Positions 25,539-37,624 of a stretch of 64,000 nucleotides of DNA are shown piece by piece (position 1 is the stretch's first letter; every line of letters begins with the position of its first letter). This stretch comes from Octopus sinensis. Lineage: Eukaryota. The stretch is from positions 45,384,001 to 45,448,000 of the forward strand of contig NC_043004.1 in NCBI RefSeq assembly GCF_006345805.1, written 5' to 3'. A program made the position numbers and the translations under genes. The notes under the pieces were generated by a model. It saw nothing but the letters and a program-made list of their open reading frames with translations. It made no database searches and was not told the origin of the DNA.

Positions 25539-25727
25539 TATATGTAATGCATTTTTTAGTCTTTTCTGTTTGTCCATACATATTTTTTTTAATATATAAA
25601 ATTAAAATTCATGATTTTATTTTCTCTAAATTTGTGTGTTTATGCGTGTGTGTGTGTATGTGTGTGTTTAATTTCTTAGGAATGGTATGCTGTGCTCGTT
25701 CTGAGTGGTGCTGATATCTCACAGATA

Positions 25728-25757
25728 TTTAACATAATTTTGTCTTTCTATTTTCAG
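25728..25757 (+). promoter_or_regulatory. Candidate splice acceptor for a ZC3H10 5' UTR exon
   Basis: tttaac...ttttgtctttctattttcAG| at 25756-25757, followed by CpG-containing unique sequence. Confidence 0.4.
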
Positions 25758-26223
25758 TCTCATGAACGCTGCAGGTTTATTCTGAAGTCAGGCTAAGTTG
25801 ATTTGGCGACCTTGCATTCATCCCTGCGGCTGCAGGCTTTTTCCTTTGCTCTCCTAATTTTCCTATTTTTTTTTAAAAAAAACAACCATTTCCTTGCGAT
25901 GAAATAACTCCAAGAGAAAGCAAAACTCGAAAAATACAAAGAGAAAGAACTGCAAAAAGAATATATATATATATATATACCCATGTATATGTAAATATAT
26001 CATTATATATATATTTATATATGTCCATACACATGTATATAAATATGCAAAATATAAACTGTAAAATGAACAAAATATTTCAAAAGTGCATCAATCCAAA
26101 TCTCAAAATGATAAATAAATAAGCTAACAACTAAATTAAAAAAACATTGAAAATAAAAATTGTTTGAAGAAATATATAAAAGGAGAAAAAAATATATACG
26201 TATATGATATATATAGTCAAAAT

Positions 26224-26242
26224 ACTGACGTTTTCATTGTAG
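26224..26242 (+). promoter_or_regulatory. Candidate branch point and splice acceptor just upstream of the ZC3H10 CDS
   Basis: tactgac-gttttcattgtAG| (AG 26241-26242), alternative cAG at 26250-26251; an in-frame TAA at 26272-26274 means splicing here cannot extend the protein. Confidence 0.5.
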
Positions 26243-26445
26243 TTTATACAGAAGTATCCAAAGGAAAATTTTAAAATAACACTAACAGCAGCAGCAACAA
26301 CAGCGACTCATTGATCACTAAGCAACAGCTTGAAGCACAAGAATATCTCATTGAATTTGACCAATTCGTCAAGAAGAGGACACACGCAAAATCTACTTGC
26401 ATGACTCGAGGGTTACCGTCCAACACTGCGTTTTTGACACACACC

Positions 26446-27708
26446 ATGTCAGACCGAAACAGTGAAAGCGGGAGTGAGGATAAATATGAGAAATTAAATG
26501 GCAAAGGAGATGATATTTGCAGAGACTTCTTGCGCAATGTTTGCAGGCGTGGCAAGCACTGCAGATACAGGCATCCTGAAGCTGGTGAAGCCAAAGAGTT
26601 GGGGAAGCAACATGAGTATACCTTCTGTCATGATTACCAAAATACCAGATGTCGTCGTCTCAACTGCAAGTTTCTCCACTGCACTCGCGAAGAGGAGGAG
26701 TACTACAAGCAAACTGCACAGCTTCCAGTACGATTGCAACAGGCTGCAGCTCTTGGTATTGGCGTTGCACCCCATGAACTTCCATTACTGAAAGGTGAGA
26801 TCCCAATTTGCAAAGACTTCTTGAAGGGTGAGTGCAAACGTGGAGCAAAATGCAAGTTCCGGCACCTATCTGTTGCAGAATATGAATATGAACTAAGAAA
26901 GTCAACCACTGATCATCGCCCCAATCATCAGACTCAAAACTCTTATGACCCAGCAGAAGACGACTTTGATCGTTTTGATAACAGGTTTGATTATGGACAC
27001 AGCGCACTGAAACGCAGACGTGCAGATCTCGATGGATTCACTTCATCATTTGAAGCCCGCTACACAACAATTCGTCCACTTAGCTACCAACTACTGGATG
27101 AGGAGAACAATATGTTGAGACGCAAAGTGGAAGAGATGAAAAAGCAGGTTGCAGATTTGACTGCAGCCAATGAAGTTCTGCTCGAGCAAAATGCCCGCTA
27201 CCGCGTTAGCAAATCAAACCATGTTCAAACAATTAATGTACCCGTGAGTCAAGCGCTATCAGTTAGTCAGAGTCTTGCGGCGGCGGGGGTTGCAACTGGA
27301 GGAGTTGCACCGACGCCGAGCCAACAGCAATTGAACCATATAAATAACAGCCTGGCGCAGCAAATAGCTATGAACAATGACTTAGTTTCCCAGCACGCTT
27401 TGCAGCAGCGCATCGCGAGAGAACAGCTTGGCCCACCTCCACAAGCGCAGTGCAGCCTGTCGGCGCAGTCTTTAAGTCCTTCAGTCACGATTAACCCCCC
27501 CACAATAGTGCCTGTCTCACTACCACAAAGTAACATTTCAGCCGTCTCTCTCACCCCAGCGTCTCTTCAGCAGAACTTGCCACCCCCAGTTAGCCTTGCG
27601 CAACGAACGCCCCACCAAAGCTTACCCCTGTCTGCCCAGAATTCTCCCTTGGTGTCCTACCCTATAGTTTCCCAAAGTATGCGGACTCAAAGCAGCTTGG
27701 CTCACTAG
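26446..27708 (+). CDS. ZC3H10: Zinc finger CCCH domain-containing protein 10 (420 aa, uninterrupted CDS)
   Basis: ATG in ACACCATGT context; fingers ICRDFLRNVCRRGKHCRYRHP, FCHDYQNTRCRRLNCKFLH, ICKDFLKGECKRGAKCKFRHL; KRRR basic patch; coiled coil EENNMLRRKVEEMKKQVADLTAANEVLLEQNARYR; Q/S/P-rich tail. All match the known ZC3H10 architecture. An in-frame ATG at 26401 would add 15 aa; the track's 26311 start is a TTG. Confidence 0.93.
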   Translation: MSDRNSESGSEDKYEKLNGKGDDICRDFLRNVCRRGKHCRYRHPEAGEAKELGKQHEYTFCHDYQNTRCRRLNCKFLHCTREEEEYYKQTAQLPVRLQQAAALGIGVAPHELPLLKGEIPICKDFLKGECKRGAKCKFRHLSVAEYEYELRKSTTDHRPNHQTQNSYDPAEDDFDRFDNRFDYGHSALKRRRADLDGFTSSFEARYTTIRPLSYQLLDEENNMLRRKVEEMKKQVADLTAANEVLLEQNARYRVSKSNHVQTINVPVSQALSVSQSLAAAGVATGGVAPTPSQQQLNHINNSLAQQIAMNNDLVSQHALQQRIAREQLGPPPQAQCSLSAQSLSPSVTINPPTIVPVSLPQSNISAVSLTPASLQQNLPPPVSLAQRTPHQSLPLSAQNSPLVSYPIVSQSMRTQSSLAH

Positions 27709-27840
27709 CCCACTTCTCTAGTGTAAGTACCTTTTACTCATATTCCATATTTTCATTGTTTTCTTTTTTTTTTAAACTTTTTTTTGGACTCCAAGAACGC
27801 CTGTGCTCTCCCACTGCTGCCCTCCCGCCCATTGCAGTAC

Positions 27841-27900
27841 CGCTGCTGCTGCTACTTGCTCGCTGCTGCTGCTACATGCCCGCTGCTGCTCTGCTACTGT
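27841..27900 (+). repeat. Three 20-nt CGCTGCTGCT... units in the ZC3H10 3' UTR
   Basis: cgctgctgctgctacttgct / cgctgctgctgctacatgcc / cgctgctgctctgctactgt, exact 20-nt period. Confidence 0.9.
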
Positions 27901-27963
27901 ATTTGTTAGTTGTTGCTTTTACTGTATTTAGTTATGTTTCTTTTTCCTTTTTTTTTTTTCTAA

Positions 27964-28065
27964 AATAAAATGCACCAATACATGCATATGGCAACATGTG
28001 AAAACTGGCTAAAATAAAATTTAAAAAAGCACTACAAAAAGTACCAAATGTAATCATTGAGTACA

Positions 28066-28109
<44 letters not shown>

Positions 28110-28110
28110 A
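27964..28110 (+). terminator. Probable polyadenylation region of ZC3H10
   Basis: AATAAA at 27964-27969 and 28013-28018, followed by a (TG)n GU-rich tract from ~28068. Confidence 0.6.
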
Positions 28111-28624
28111 GTGTCCAAGTGGCTATTTACATGCATAGGAATACATATGTTAAGGTGTATAAGAGTCAGAAGGAAATCAAGTCCATTCACTCATAGAAAT
28201 CTGTTAGTGTCTTACTGTCATTTCCCATTCACAATAACATCTTTATATTCTGGCAGGTAAGGAAGACAGACAGGCAAAATAAGAAGTAAACTACGTAATA
28301 GTTATTCCCCACCACCATCTCCACTCTATTTCTCTCTGTCTGTCTCTCTCTTTCTTGCTCTCTCACAGACCTAATGCAGTTAAAGAAAGAAGTAAAGGAA
28401 AGAATACAGGATGCATTGCCAAGTTAATCCGCAAAAAAAAAAAAAAAAAAAAAAAACAAGAACAGCAATGGTTTCTGATTTAGGCACTTGGCCAGCAATC
28501 TTGATGGGAGGGTGTTAGTCAATATTATCAGCACCAGTACTTGACTGGTACTTTAATTTTATCAACCCCAGAGAAAGCAAAATTGGACTTTGGTTATGAT
28601 GATGACGATGATGATGATGATGGT

Positions 28625-28812
28625 TAATGTATTTTCGGGCATACCAGTCATAGTGTAAACGTTCAAACACCAGCACTATCTTTCTAAATCCTATTACATT
28701 TCACTTAAAATTTTTAGCCCACCAAAGTCATCTTGGTATATAAGTCGACCTGCCTTTTTGACTACAAATTTGGGTCTTAAAATCTTGACTTGTATTCTGG
28801 AAAATTCAGTTA
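28625..28812. mobile_element. Degenerate pogo/Tigger-type MITE
   Basis: TAatgtattttcgggcataccagtc ... gacttgtattctggaaaattcagtTA; ~75% TIR match, TA ends, internal tataagtcgacc. Confidence 0.55.
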
Positions 28813-29300
28813 TAGTAATAATAATAATCATAATGGCTTCAGGGTAGATGAAATAGGTACCAATAAAGTACTAGGGTTGATATAAGTGACCGTTTCTGTC
28901 TGCCCCTGCAACAAGAAAAATATATTAGAAGTATTTGTGGCCTTGCACATGTGTTTGAAATCACTATTAATAAGAGATTCTTGGCCCTTAAGTGTGAAGG
29001 TATTGGTCTATTGGCCACAATGCTAATTAATAAATTCTTTCACAATCACAATGGCTTCTTCTTCCAACTGAAGCAGCCATATTTCTACCTTCTCTAGGTT
29101 TCTTGTCTGACATAAATCTAGGTGCGCTCATTTGTATATCTGTGCGTTTTGCAATGGATATGGTATCCAGTGGTTTCTGTAAGAATTGACATGTTCTTTT
29201 GTTCTAGCAACACAGTATCTCATTCCATGTAAGCATAGAAACACAAATGAAAAATTAAATTATACATACATTCATGTATACATACACACACACATATATC

Positions 29301-29333
<33 letters not shown>

Positions 29334-30379
29334 TATATATTGTGTGTATATATATTCATGTATGTAAAGATATGCATATGACCGTCCAACCCATGCTAGC
29401 ATGGCGAACGGACATTAAACAATGATGATGATGATGATGATGTATATATCTATATATACACACATAGTTATTTTTGTAGAATTGAAAGCTTGTAATTCTA
29501 TTTACAAAATTTTAATCAGCACCATTTCCTAATTCATGCAGATATGTATATGTATCTATACACACTCCCCCCCCACACACACATACCCTTTAAAGGAAGC
29601 CCATTAAAACAATGTAAGCCAGTGTGGAAAGCATTTATTCAACCACTCATCCTGCTAGAAATAGGAACCAAACATCTTTGCAATCACACCCTTCTGATAT
29701 AGAAATAATAAAATGGATGGATACATTGGATTATATAGACTGTGATAATCCTAATCTGCCAAAACGGAAAACGATAGGATGGTCACAACTGGGATTTACC
29801 ATTCTTTTGTGACTATTTCTTATGGTATTATTCTATTATTCTATATAGTTTTCATTAGATTTTCATATTACTGAGACTTTGGTGAAGTTTAAGGTAAATC
29901 CTGTGACTTCATAAATTGGCATGCATTTTGCTTGTGTCAACCAAGGGAAATTTCATGACATCTCTCATGTTCATAGATTTGAAACTAAATTTTTGTAAAA
30001 ACATATATTCACATATGGCTTGTCTCAGGTGGGTTGGTATTAAAAGGGTTTAACAGCAATAATTAATTATGTAAGAAAATTCCCCATTTCAAATGGACAA
30101 GTTAGAATTACAAATTTTTTTTTTCTTTTTTTTGCAAATTGCAAAAATATGTCATTATTTTCTTTGAATTTTATTTGTTAATTTAATATAATTACTGCAT
30201 TTGCTGCCATACTAGCTTCCTATTTCCCCACCGCCTGTTTTGTTATGGCATATCACACTTGACAAATATTGGCAATTACCATGATGTAATACTTGTTTGT
30301 GGAATTCCTCTATATGTGTAAGATAGCCACTTCATTATGATTTTCTGTGCATGATTAACATAATGAGGGACAACTGGTG

Positions 30380-30600
30380 TCATAAAATGCTACCTGTTTA
30401 TCCCATGTATGACATGCTGCCACCTGTTATCATATGTGTCAGATATTATCATTACATGCTGTCTATTACCATATGCATCATGTGTTGTTACATTCAGCTT
30501 GTTCATAGTAGTATCATGTGTTGTTACATGCAACTTGTTATCACATATACCATGTTGTCACATGCAGCTTCTTATCACATATTGTCACATGCAACCTGCA
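30380..30600. repeat. Degenerate minisatellite (~30-38-nt unit)
   Basis: Recurrent catg(tg)ttgt(t/c)acat(g/t)ca(a/g)cttgtt(atc)a units. Confidence 0.7.
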
Positions 30601-33109
30601 ATCAGGACAAGTATCTGTATTGAATGACCATCATGTGGCTACTAGAGTAGCCTGCTGTTGTTTAAATTTTTCAGGCCCTCCTTGAGGACACGTTACCATA
30701 TAAACTCAACCTGGCAAGCAAATGGAAATGTGGTATTTACTCCCAGTAAATATTACAGGTTCTTTTAATCAAATAACTGTTTTTAGGTCAACCATAAGTG
30801 AACAGATCTATATTTAAAAGCATTCCAAAGATGTTAAGGATGTGTAATTTATGGGAAATTTAGCTGCTATTTCTAGTAGAATCAAGCGTCCATGTTGGCT
30901 CGAAGAAAGCTCTAGTTGCTCCTGACACTTGTTTATTGAAAGGTGAATTAAATCTTGTGAACAATCAACCATTTGGTTACATTATCTAGACATTGACTTT
31001 ATATTATTTACATGTGAGTGTGAAGGCCTGAGTGCAAGATTTTTTTTTAAAAAAAAACAACAAACATCTATTTTTCTACACTAATATAAATGAAGTCTTG
31101 TACATATTTAGTGATTTATTCATCTCCACTTTAGCAACCACTATAAATTTTATGATTTTCTAAGAAGGTCAGAATAATATGTCCAGAGTTGTTTCCCATA
31201 TTTCTAGAAAACTTGCCAGGTAAACATGTTATTCTTTGACTAATATTGCTTTTTGCTCACTGCAAATTTATTTCTAGTTATCTGTCTGTTGCTTCATACC
31301 TTAAATATGATAGCATTCGCATACCATTTGGCTACTGCTACGGCTTTAGAGATTTCACCTGGTTTAACACCCAAATGAAACTTCTCCAGATATTATAGTA
31401 TCAATTTAATATTATTGCTATTTTTATCCTTTGGAGTGGAGGGGGTTCTTTTAATTTCAAAAGAAACTTATCAAATATTAATGATTAAAGCTCATCAAAA
31501 TATACTTGTTAAAGGAATGATTTTATATATTGGATTTCACTCAAGTGAAACGTGAAGAATGTTAATTTAAATTCCAAACCAGCTAATGAACAGAAAGAAA
31601 AAATTTAAAGTTTTCCATTAGACATGGCCTCTTGTGGGTGTGTGTGCAAAGCATATATATATATATATAAGAGCATTGTAGTTCACTTGAAGCATTGTAG
31701 TGCAGGAAAAGTCAACAGCATATGCCAACTTCACTTCATCCTGAAGATGAGAATGTGAAGTTCTACAAATGTTGATGATTAACTTAAAAATTTTATTACA
31801 CCCAACTACAAGGGCCAGAAAAGCTCCTTTATAAAGAAAATGAAATTAGAATTTTATTATGTTTCCAATACACACACACACACAAACATTTGATAATAGA
31901 TAATTACTTACATGTGTATGTGTATATACATATCCTTGCATTGCAACAAATTACTTTTGCCTCCCACAGCATCAAATGCTCTGAAAGAGAAAGCATATTC
32001 CCTATATTACTTCTTATTCTGTTGATTCAGGTAATGCAAGGCATATAGACTTATAGTCTAGTCTAATGATGGAATAACATATCTACAGTATATATAAACT
32101 CATATGTACCTATTCATATATCTATAACTATTTGTAGACATCCGCTTAACTAGGGGTGATTGCACAATTCAATCTGTTTTCTCCATTCTGTAAGGAGTTG
32201 GTGAAGAGACAGATATCCAGACATGAAAAATTGTACAAAAAACACACAAAAATTTTTTTATTTTTCTTTCATAAACTAGCAAAGCATTGTTATACTTGTC
32301 TGACCTATTTCAGTACTGAGAGAGGTAAAATGATGATTGTGTGTGTGTGTGTGTGTGTGTTTATACATATCAAATAAAAAGCCGAATAGATAATAACAAT
32401 TGAACACATGTTACAATGTCTTAACAGTATGGTAATTTATTCATAATTGATGCATTATGCAATCAGAAATCACCTGGCATTTCATCAGGCATCAGAAATA
32501 TCAGTAGATAAATATCTATTTCTCAGAGAATCATATCGAGAAACCTTGAGAGAATTATGCTTTACACACACACACGCACATACACTCACACACACAAAAA
32601 CACACACCCATATCTATTTAATGAATATAGACTCGTCCTTACCAACTAATTTAAGTATCCATAGTTTATATACATTCAATAACTTTTCTGCACAGTAACC
32701 AAATGAATAAAATATTAGATTTCAGCTTGTGGGTTTTGAGTTTGAATGTATGGTGTTTATGAGTTTCCTTTACAAACACTTAAATCTACATGCTTCAGCT
32801 CAACAAACTATACACACTGTATCTTCAGTGTGGACAGTAGGCATCTTCTTAATGTGACATTCTTTCAGGTAGCATCATCCCCAACCCACTCCCTTTGTCA
32901 GCATTCAAAGAAATCTGTGTTCACACATACACACATACACTAACTCATTTTCCTGTTCAAATTTACAGAATGTTTGTTGACCAATTTAATGTTGTGCCAT
33001 TTATGTTCTTCAATAGCTTGGCTGCTAAATGAATGATTAAGAATGTACTTCTTATATGAGCTTAATATAAAAGAAAAACAATATAAGCCAAGCTTTTTGT
33101 CATATCTCC

Positions 33110-33143
<34 letters not shown>

Positions 33144-33714
33144 TAATAGTAATAATAATTAACATCAATATTAAGATTAACATTATTAACACATCTTACA
33201 TAGACTTTTTTAATATATATTTTTTATATATATCTATATATTTTTTCACCCTGCATTTGAATCCGATCAAAGTTTTTTCTAGCTTATACAATTATACATA
33301 TTCTCTGGGCTGGATTTTTTCATCTCAGAAAATTTGTTCCCAATGGAAGTTTTTAATGCACATTAACCATTGTGTTATTGTCTTACACCTGTCATTAGAA
33401 ATAAAGGTTCTGAATACAAACACAGCTTAAAGAAATATGTATACATATGTGTTTCTGTGCGTATGTGTGTCTCTCTCAACATATATATATATATATTAGC
33501 TTATAAAAGGACATTAGAATAATACAGGTGAGAAATTAGGCAATATATGTAAGGTGATGTCAATGCATGAAAACAAAGGAAAGAATATGCATTACCTTGC
33601 TAGGTTCTTTAATGATCCTATAATATTTTGGGCAAGATTCTCCTTTTCAAATAAGGGGCAGGATATAAAGATTTCATATATATGAACCATTACATGCAGG
33701 CCATTCTAAAAGAT

Positions 33715-33715
33715 T

Positions 33716-33797
<82 letters not shown>

Positions 33798-33805
33798 TAC
33801 GTGTA

Positions 33806-33884
<79 letters not shown>

Positions 33885-33885
33885 G
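33715..33885. repeat. (TG)n(TA)n(CA)n microsatellite
   Basis: Direct reading; source of the 33682-33925 pseudo-ORFs. Confidence 0.95.
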
Positions 33886-34414
33886 GGTGGGCAAGTGTGT
33901 ATATAAGATGAATAAAGATGATTAAAGGTAAGGGCTAATTAAAATACAGTGTAAACCATAAAATCATGAAAAATAGGATTCAGAAGTCCATATGTAAAAA
34001 AAAAATATAAGAATTATTTTAATAAAAAGATATTAGACTACTATATACATATTTAAAATGGACATGACCATATCCTCAATAAATATTTATTTGTGTACAG
34101 ATGCATAACAATACATTAAATGAAACAAATCTGAAGCATAAATATGTGACTGAATGAATATGAATAGTATGCATTGAGCCAATGAGAGAGCTTTTATGTG
34201 TTTAATGGATTCACTAGAAATAGCACCTACATCTTTTTAAATGACCCTGTGTTGTCTGAAATAAGGAATGGACATTTTAGACAATGTAATTCTGTGTAAC
34301 CTTCACACAATTATGTAAGTATGATAACAACTGAAATACCTTTGTTCATAGAAGTGCCCCCTCAGGGTTTCCCTAGATTAAATCATATCATTCAACAGAT
34401 TGGCCGCTAGCTCC

Positions 34415-34570
34415 AAAAGTTTTTTTTATTTCCTCATGTTCCTTTCTGTTGAAGAGCGTAGGCTCGAAACGTGAAAGACTTTCTCACCTTCACAAACATT
34501 AAACTAATACCCCTGATTGTTATTTATACACTTGTCTTCGTCTTTTGTTTTTCTCTAAATTTCAACCAAT
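34415..34570 (+). mobile_element. Penelope-like pLTR fragment with minimal hammerhead-like motif, ending in (TA)n
   Basis: cttt-CTGTTGA-a-GAGC-gtag-GCTC-GAAA-cg-TG-aaag at 34442-34477, then a T-rich 3' part and (TA)n. Confidence 0.65.
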
Positions 34571-34690
34571 ATATATATATATATATATATATTATTAATA
34601 TTAGGGAAGTTATTTCTGAGTCCACAGGGGAGAGAAATTCAATTTAGTGGTACTAAAATGAATTACTCCCTGTATTATATAAATAGATAG

Positions 34691-35662
34691 GTTTAAGAGA
34701 CAGAACCACCTCCAAGCAACTCAATCTACATTGAACGACATTATTTATGGTAGATATATATATTAAATTTTATCAAATTAATATCTACAATTTTTATTCT
34801 GAATCCTATATTAAATTATATAGACTACACGTGTTTCATGACAATATCTATCGGTATTGCTGAAATAGGTCTCGAAATTCAATACCATATTAATCTGACT
34901 ATACTGCCAATCTTCAGGTCTAGATTATATAAAACTATATTACTATTTAACATAAAGACATGACAATCACAATTATACAACTATAAATCTTCGAAAATAA
35001 TTTTTCATTACTAAGAGATAAAAATTTGAAAAATATGAACAAGAAATGTTAACTTATCTTTTTGGTAATTCCTCACCGTGAATTAATCATGGCTTCCTAG
35101 TAAAGAACATAAATCCAACTTTGAGAGCTACGGTGTATGGGATATAATTCAAATTAACATTTAAGAGTTCTTAAAATATATTTACTATTTTATATATTTA
35201 CCATGTGAGGGAAGTAAGTGATAAAAAACTAGAAGCCGAAAATAACTGTATGATGGGAATAGTCAAATTTTTACGTGGTTCATTTATTTTATTTTATTTA
35301 ATATGCCTACATCAACAAACAACCATACATAAAGATAGGCAAACAAGTACACCAAATTACTAAACCAATACATTTTAGAATATTGTAATTGTCATGTCTT
35401 TATATTGGATGTCAATACTAAAATGTTTTTATATTGGATGTAAATAGAAAAATAGTTTTATATAATCCAGACCTAAAGATTGGTAACATAGTTGAATTGA
35501 TACGGTATTGAATTTCGAGACCTTTTTCAGCAATAAGCTCAAGACGTAAAAGGCTCATGAAACGTACATACTCTATATAATTTAATATAGGATTCAGAAT
35601 AAGAATTCTAGATATTAATTTGATAAAATTTAATATTATGCATCTCTATTCTGTCTATTAAA

Positions 35663-35663
<1 letters not shown>
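34691..35663. mobile_element. ~970-bp foldback: long imperfect inverted repeats around a ~400-bp AT-rich spacer
   Basis: 34760-34973 is the reverse complement of 35382-35636 (e.g. atattaaattttatcaaattaatatcta; tattgctgaaa.aggtctcgaaattcaatacc); outer gtttaa.agacagaa match at 34691/35649-35663. Confidence 0.85.
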
Positions 35664-35754
<91 letters not shown>

Positions 35755-36082
35755 CATATATATGTATATATATATGTATATATATATATGTATACATGTA
35801 TACATATATATATATACATATATATGTATATATATATGTATATATATGTATGTGTATATATATGTATATATGTATATATATGTATGTATATATATATATA
35901 TGTATGTATATATATATATATCTATATGTGTGTGTGTATGTATGTATATACACTGTTCCTGGTTCAGCCCCTCTGAGTGATACATTGTTTCGAACAGCAG
36001 TTCTGGGCCAACCAAAGAATTGTGATTAGATTTAGTAGACAGAAACTGAAAGAAGCTCCCCATATATATGTATATATATATG

Positions 36083-36113
<31 letters not shown>

Positions 36114-36361
36114 CATGACTCTTTACATGGCACAATAGTTTTTAAAAAAATGTCACTGTCATCTAAGTGGTGTCATTTGTTTTCAGTCTTACATGTAAGC
36201 ATGTTTTCTCCCGGGAAGCTATTATTTTGCTTGAAAACAAGTGAGTGTTGGTGATAGGAAAGGTATTGGGCTGTTGAAGATCTACCTAGATAATTTCCAT
36301 GTGACCCATACAAACATGGAAAATCAAACTTCAAAACTTTGAAGATATATATATATATGTA

Positions 36362-36400
<39 letters not shown>

Positions 36401-36401
<1 letters not shown>

Positions 36402-36538
36402 CATAATTAAGGGATTCAGCAAAAGTTGCATCACCACATACCGAAACTTAGAAATAGCAGTCAAACTACTAATTTTTGACTGCTATTTCTAAATTTTGGT
36501 ATATGGTGAAACAAATTTTGCTGATCCCATAATTATGT
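36401..36538. mobile_element. Hairpin (palindromic) MITE, copy 1
   Basis: cataatta.gggat.cagcaaaa...ttagaaatagcagtcaaa / tttgactgctatttctaa...ttttgctgatcccataattatg; ~65-bp arms, short loop. Confidence 0.8.
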
Positions 36539-36651
36539 TTATAATTATAAAAAAAAAACTTTTTATATAAGTTTTTACTGATAATACGTTTTTTTCCATA
36601 CCGAACTACTTGGTGAAATTGTTAATTATCAAATTAGTAATTTTTACCCTA

Positions 36652-36686
<35 letters not shown>

Positions 36687-36693
36687 ATATATA

Positions 36694-36733
<40 letters not shown>

Positions 36734-36790
36734 ACATGTATACATATATATATATACATATATATGTATATATATATGTATATATATGTA

Positions 36791-36831
<41 letters not shown>

Positions 36832-37033
36832 ATATATATATATATATGTATGTGTATATATATGTATATATATATCTGTATGTGTGTGTATGTATGTATA
36901 TACACTGTTCCTGGTTCAGCCCCTCTGAGTGATACATTGTTCGAACAGCAGTTCTGGGCCAACCAAAGAATTGTGATTAGATTTAGTAGACAGAAACTGA
37001 AAGAAGCTCCCCATATATATGTATATATATATG

Positions 37034-37064
<31 letters not shown>

Positions 37065-37339
37065 CATGACTCTTTACATGGCACAATAGTTTTTAAAAAA
37101 ATGTCACTGTCATCTAAGTGGTGTCATTTGTTTTCAGTCTTACATGTAAGCATGTTTTCTCCCGGGAAGCTATTATTTTGCTTGAAAACAAGTGAGTGTT
37201 GGTGATAGGAAAGGTATTGGGCTGTTGAAGATCTACCTAGATAATTTCCATGTGACCCATACAAACATGGAAAATCAAACTTCAAAACTTTGAAGATATA
37301 TATATGTATATGTGTACATATATATATATATATATACAT

Positions 37340-37477
37340 ACATAATTAAGGGATTCAGCAAAAGTTGCATCACCACATACCGAAACTTAGAAATAGCAGT
37401 CAAACTACTAATTTTTGACTGCTATTTCTAAATTTTGGTATATGGTGAAACAAATTTTGCTGATCCCATAATTATGT
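37340..37477. mobile_element. Hairpin MITE, copy 2 (part of the tandem duplication)
   Basis: Identical to 36401-36538. Confidence 0.8.
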
Positions 37478-37589
37478 TTATAATTATAAAAAAAAACTTT
37501 TTATATAAGTTTTTACTGATAATACGTTTTTTTCCATACCGAACTACTTGGTGAAATTGTTAATTATCAAATTAGTAATTTTTACCCTA

Positions 37590-37624
<35 letters not shown>

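Noticed and set aside
26286-26296. 5' UTR (CAG)3 complementary to the 3' UTR (CTG)n cassette (possible end-to-end pairing)
   Set aside because: Only ~10 bp of triplet complementarity; easily chance.
26311-26445. N-terminal 45 aa of the 465-aa ORF in the track
   Set aside because: It starts at TTG with no ZC3H10-like sequence; the ATG at 26446 has the best context and gives the expected length. The 15-aa extension from 26401 remains possible.
26271-27554. Antisense and alternate-frame ORFs overlapping ZC3H10
   Set aside because: Expected shadows of a GC-richer CDS; no recognisable motifs.
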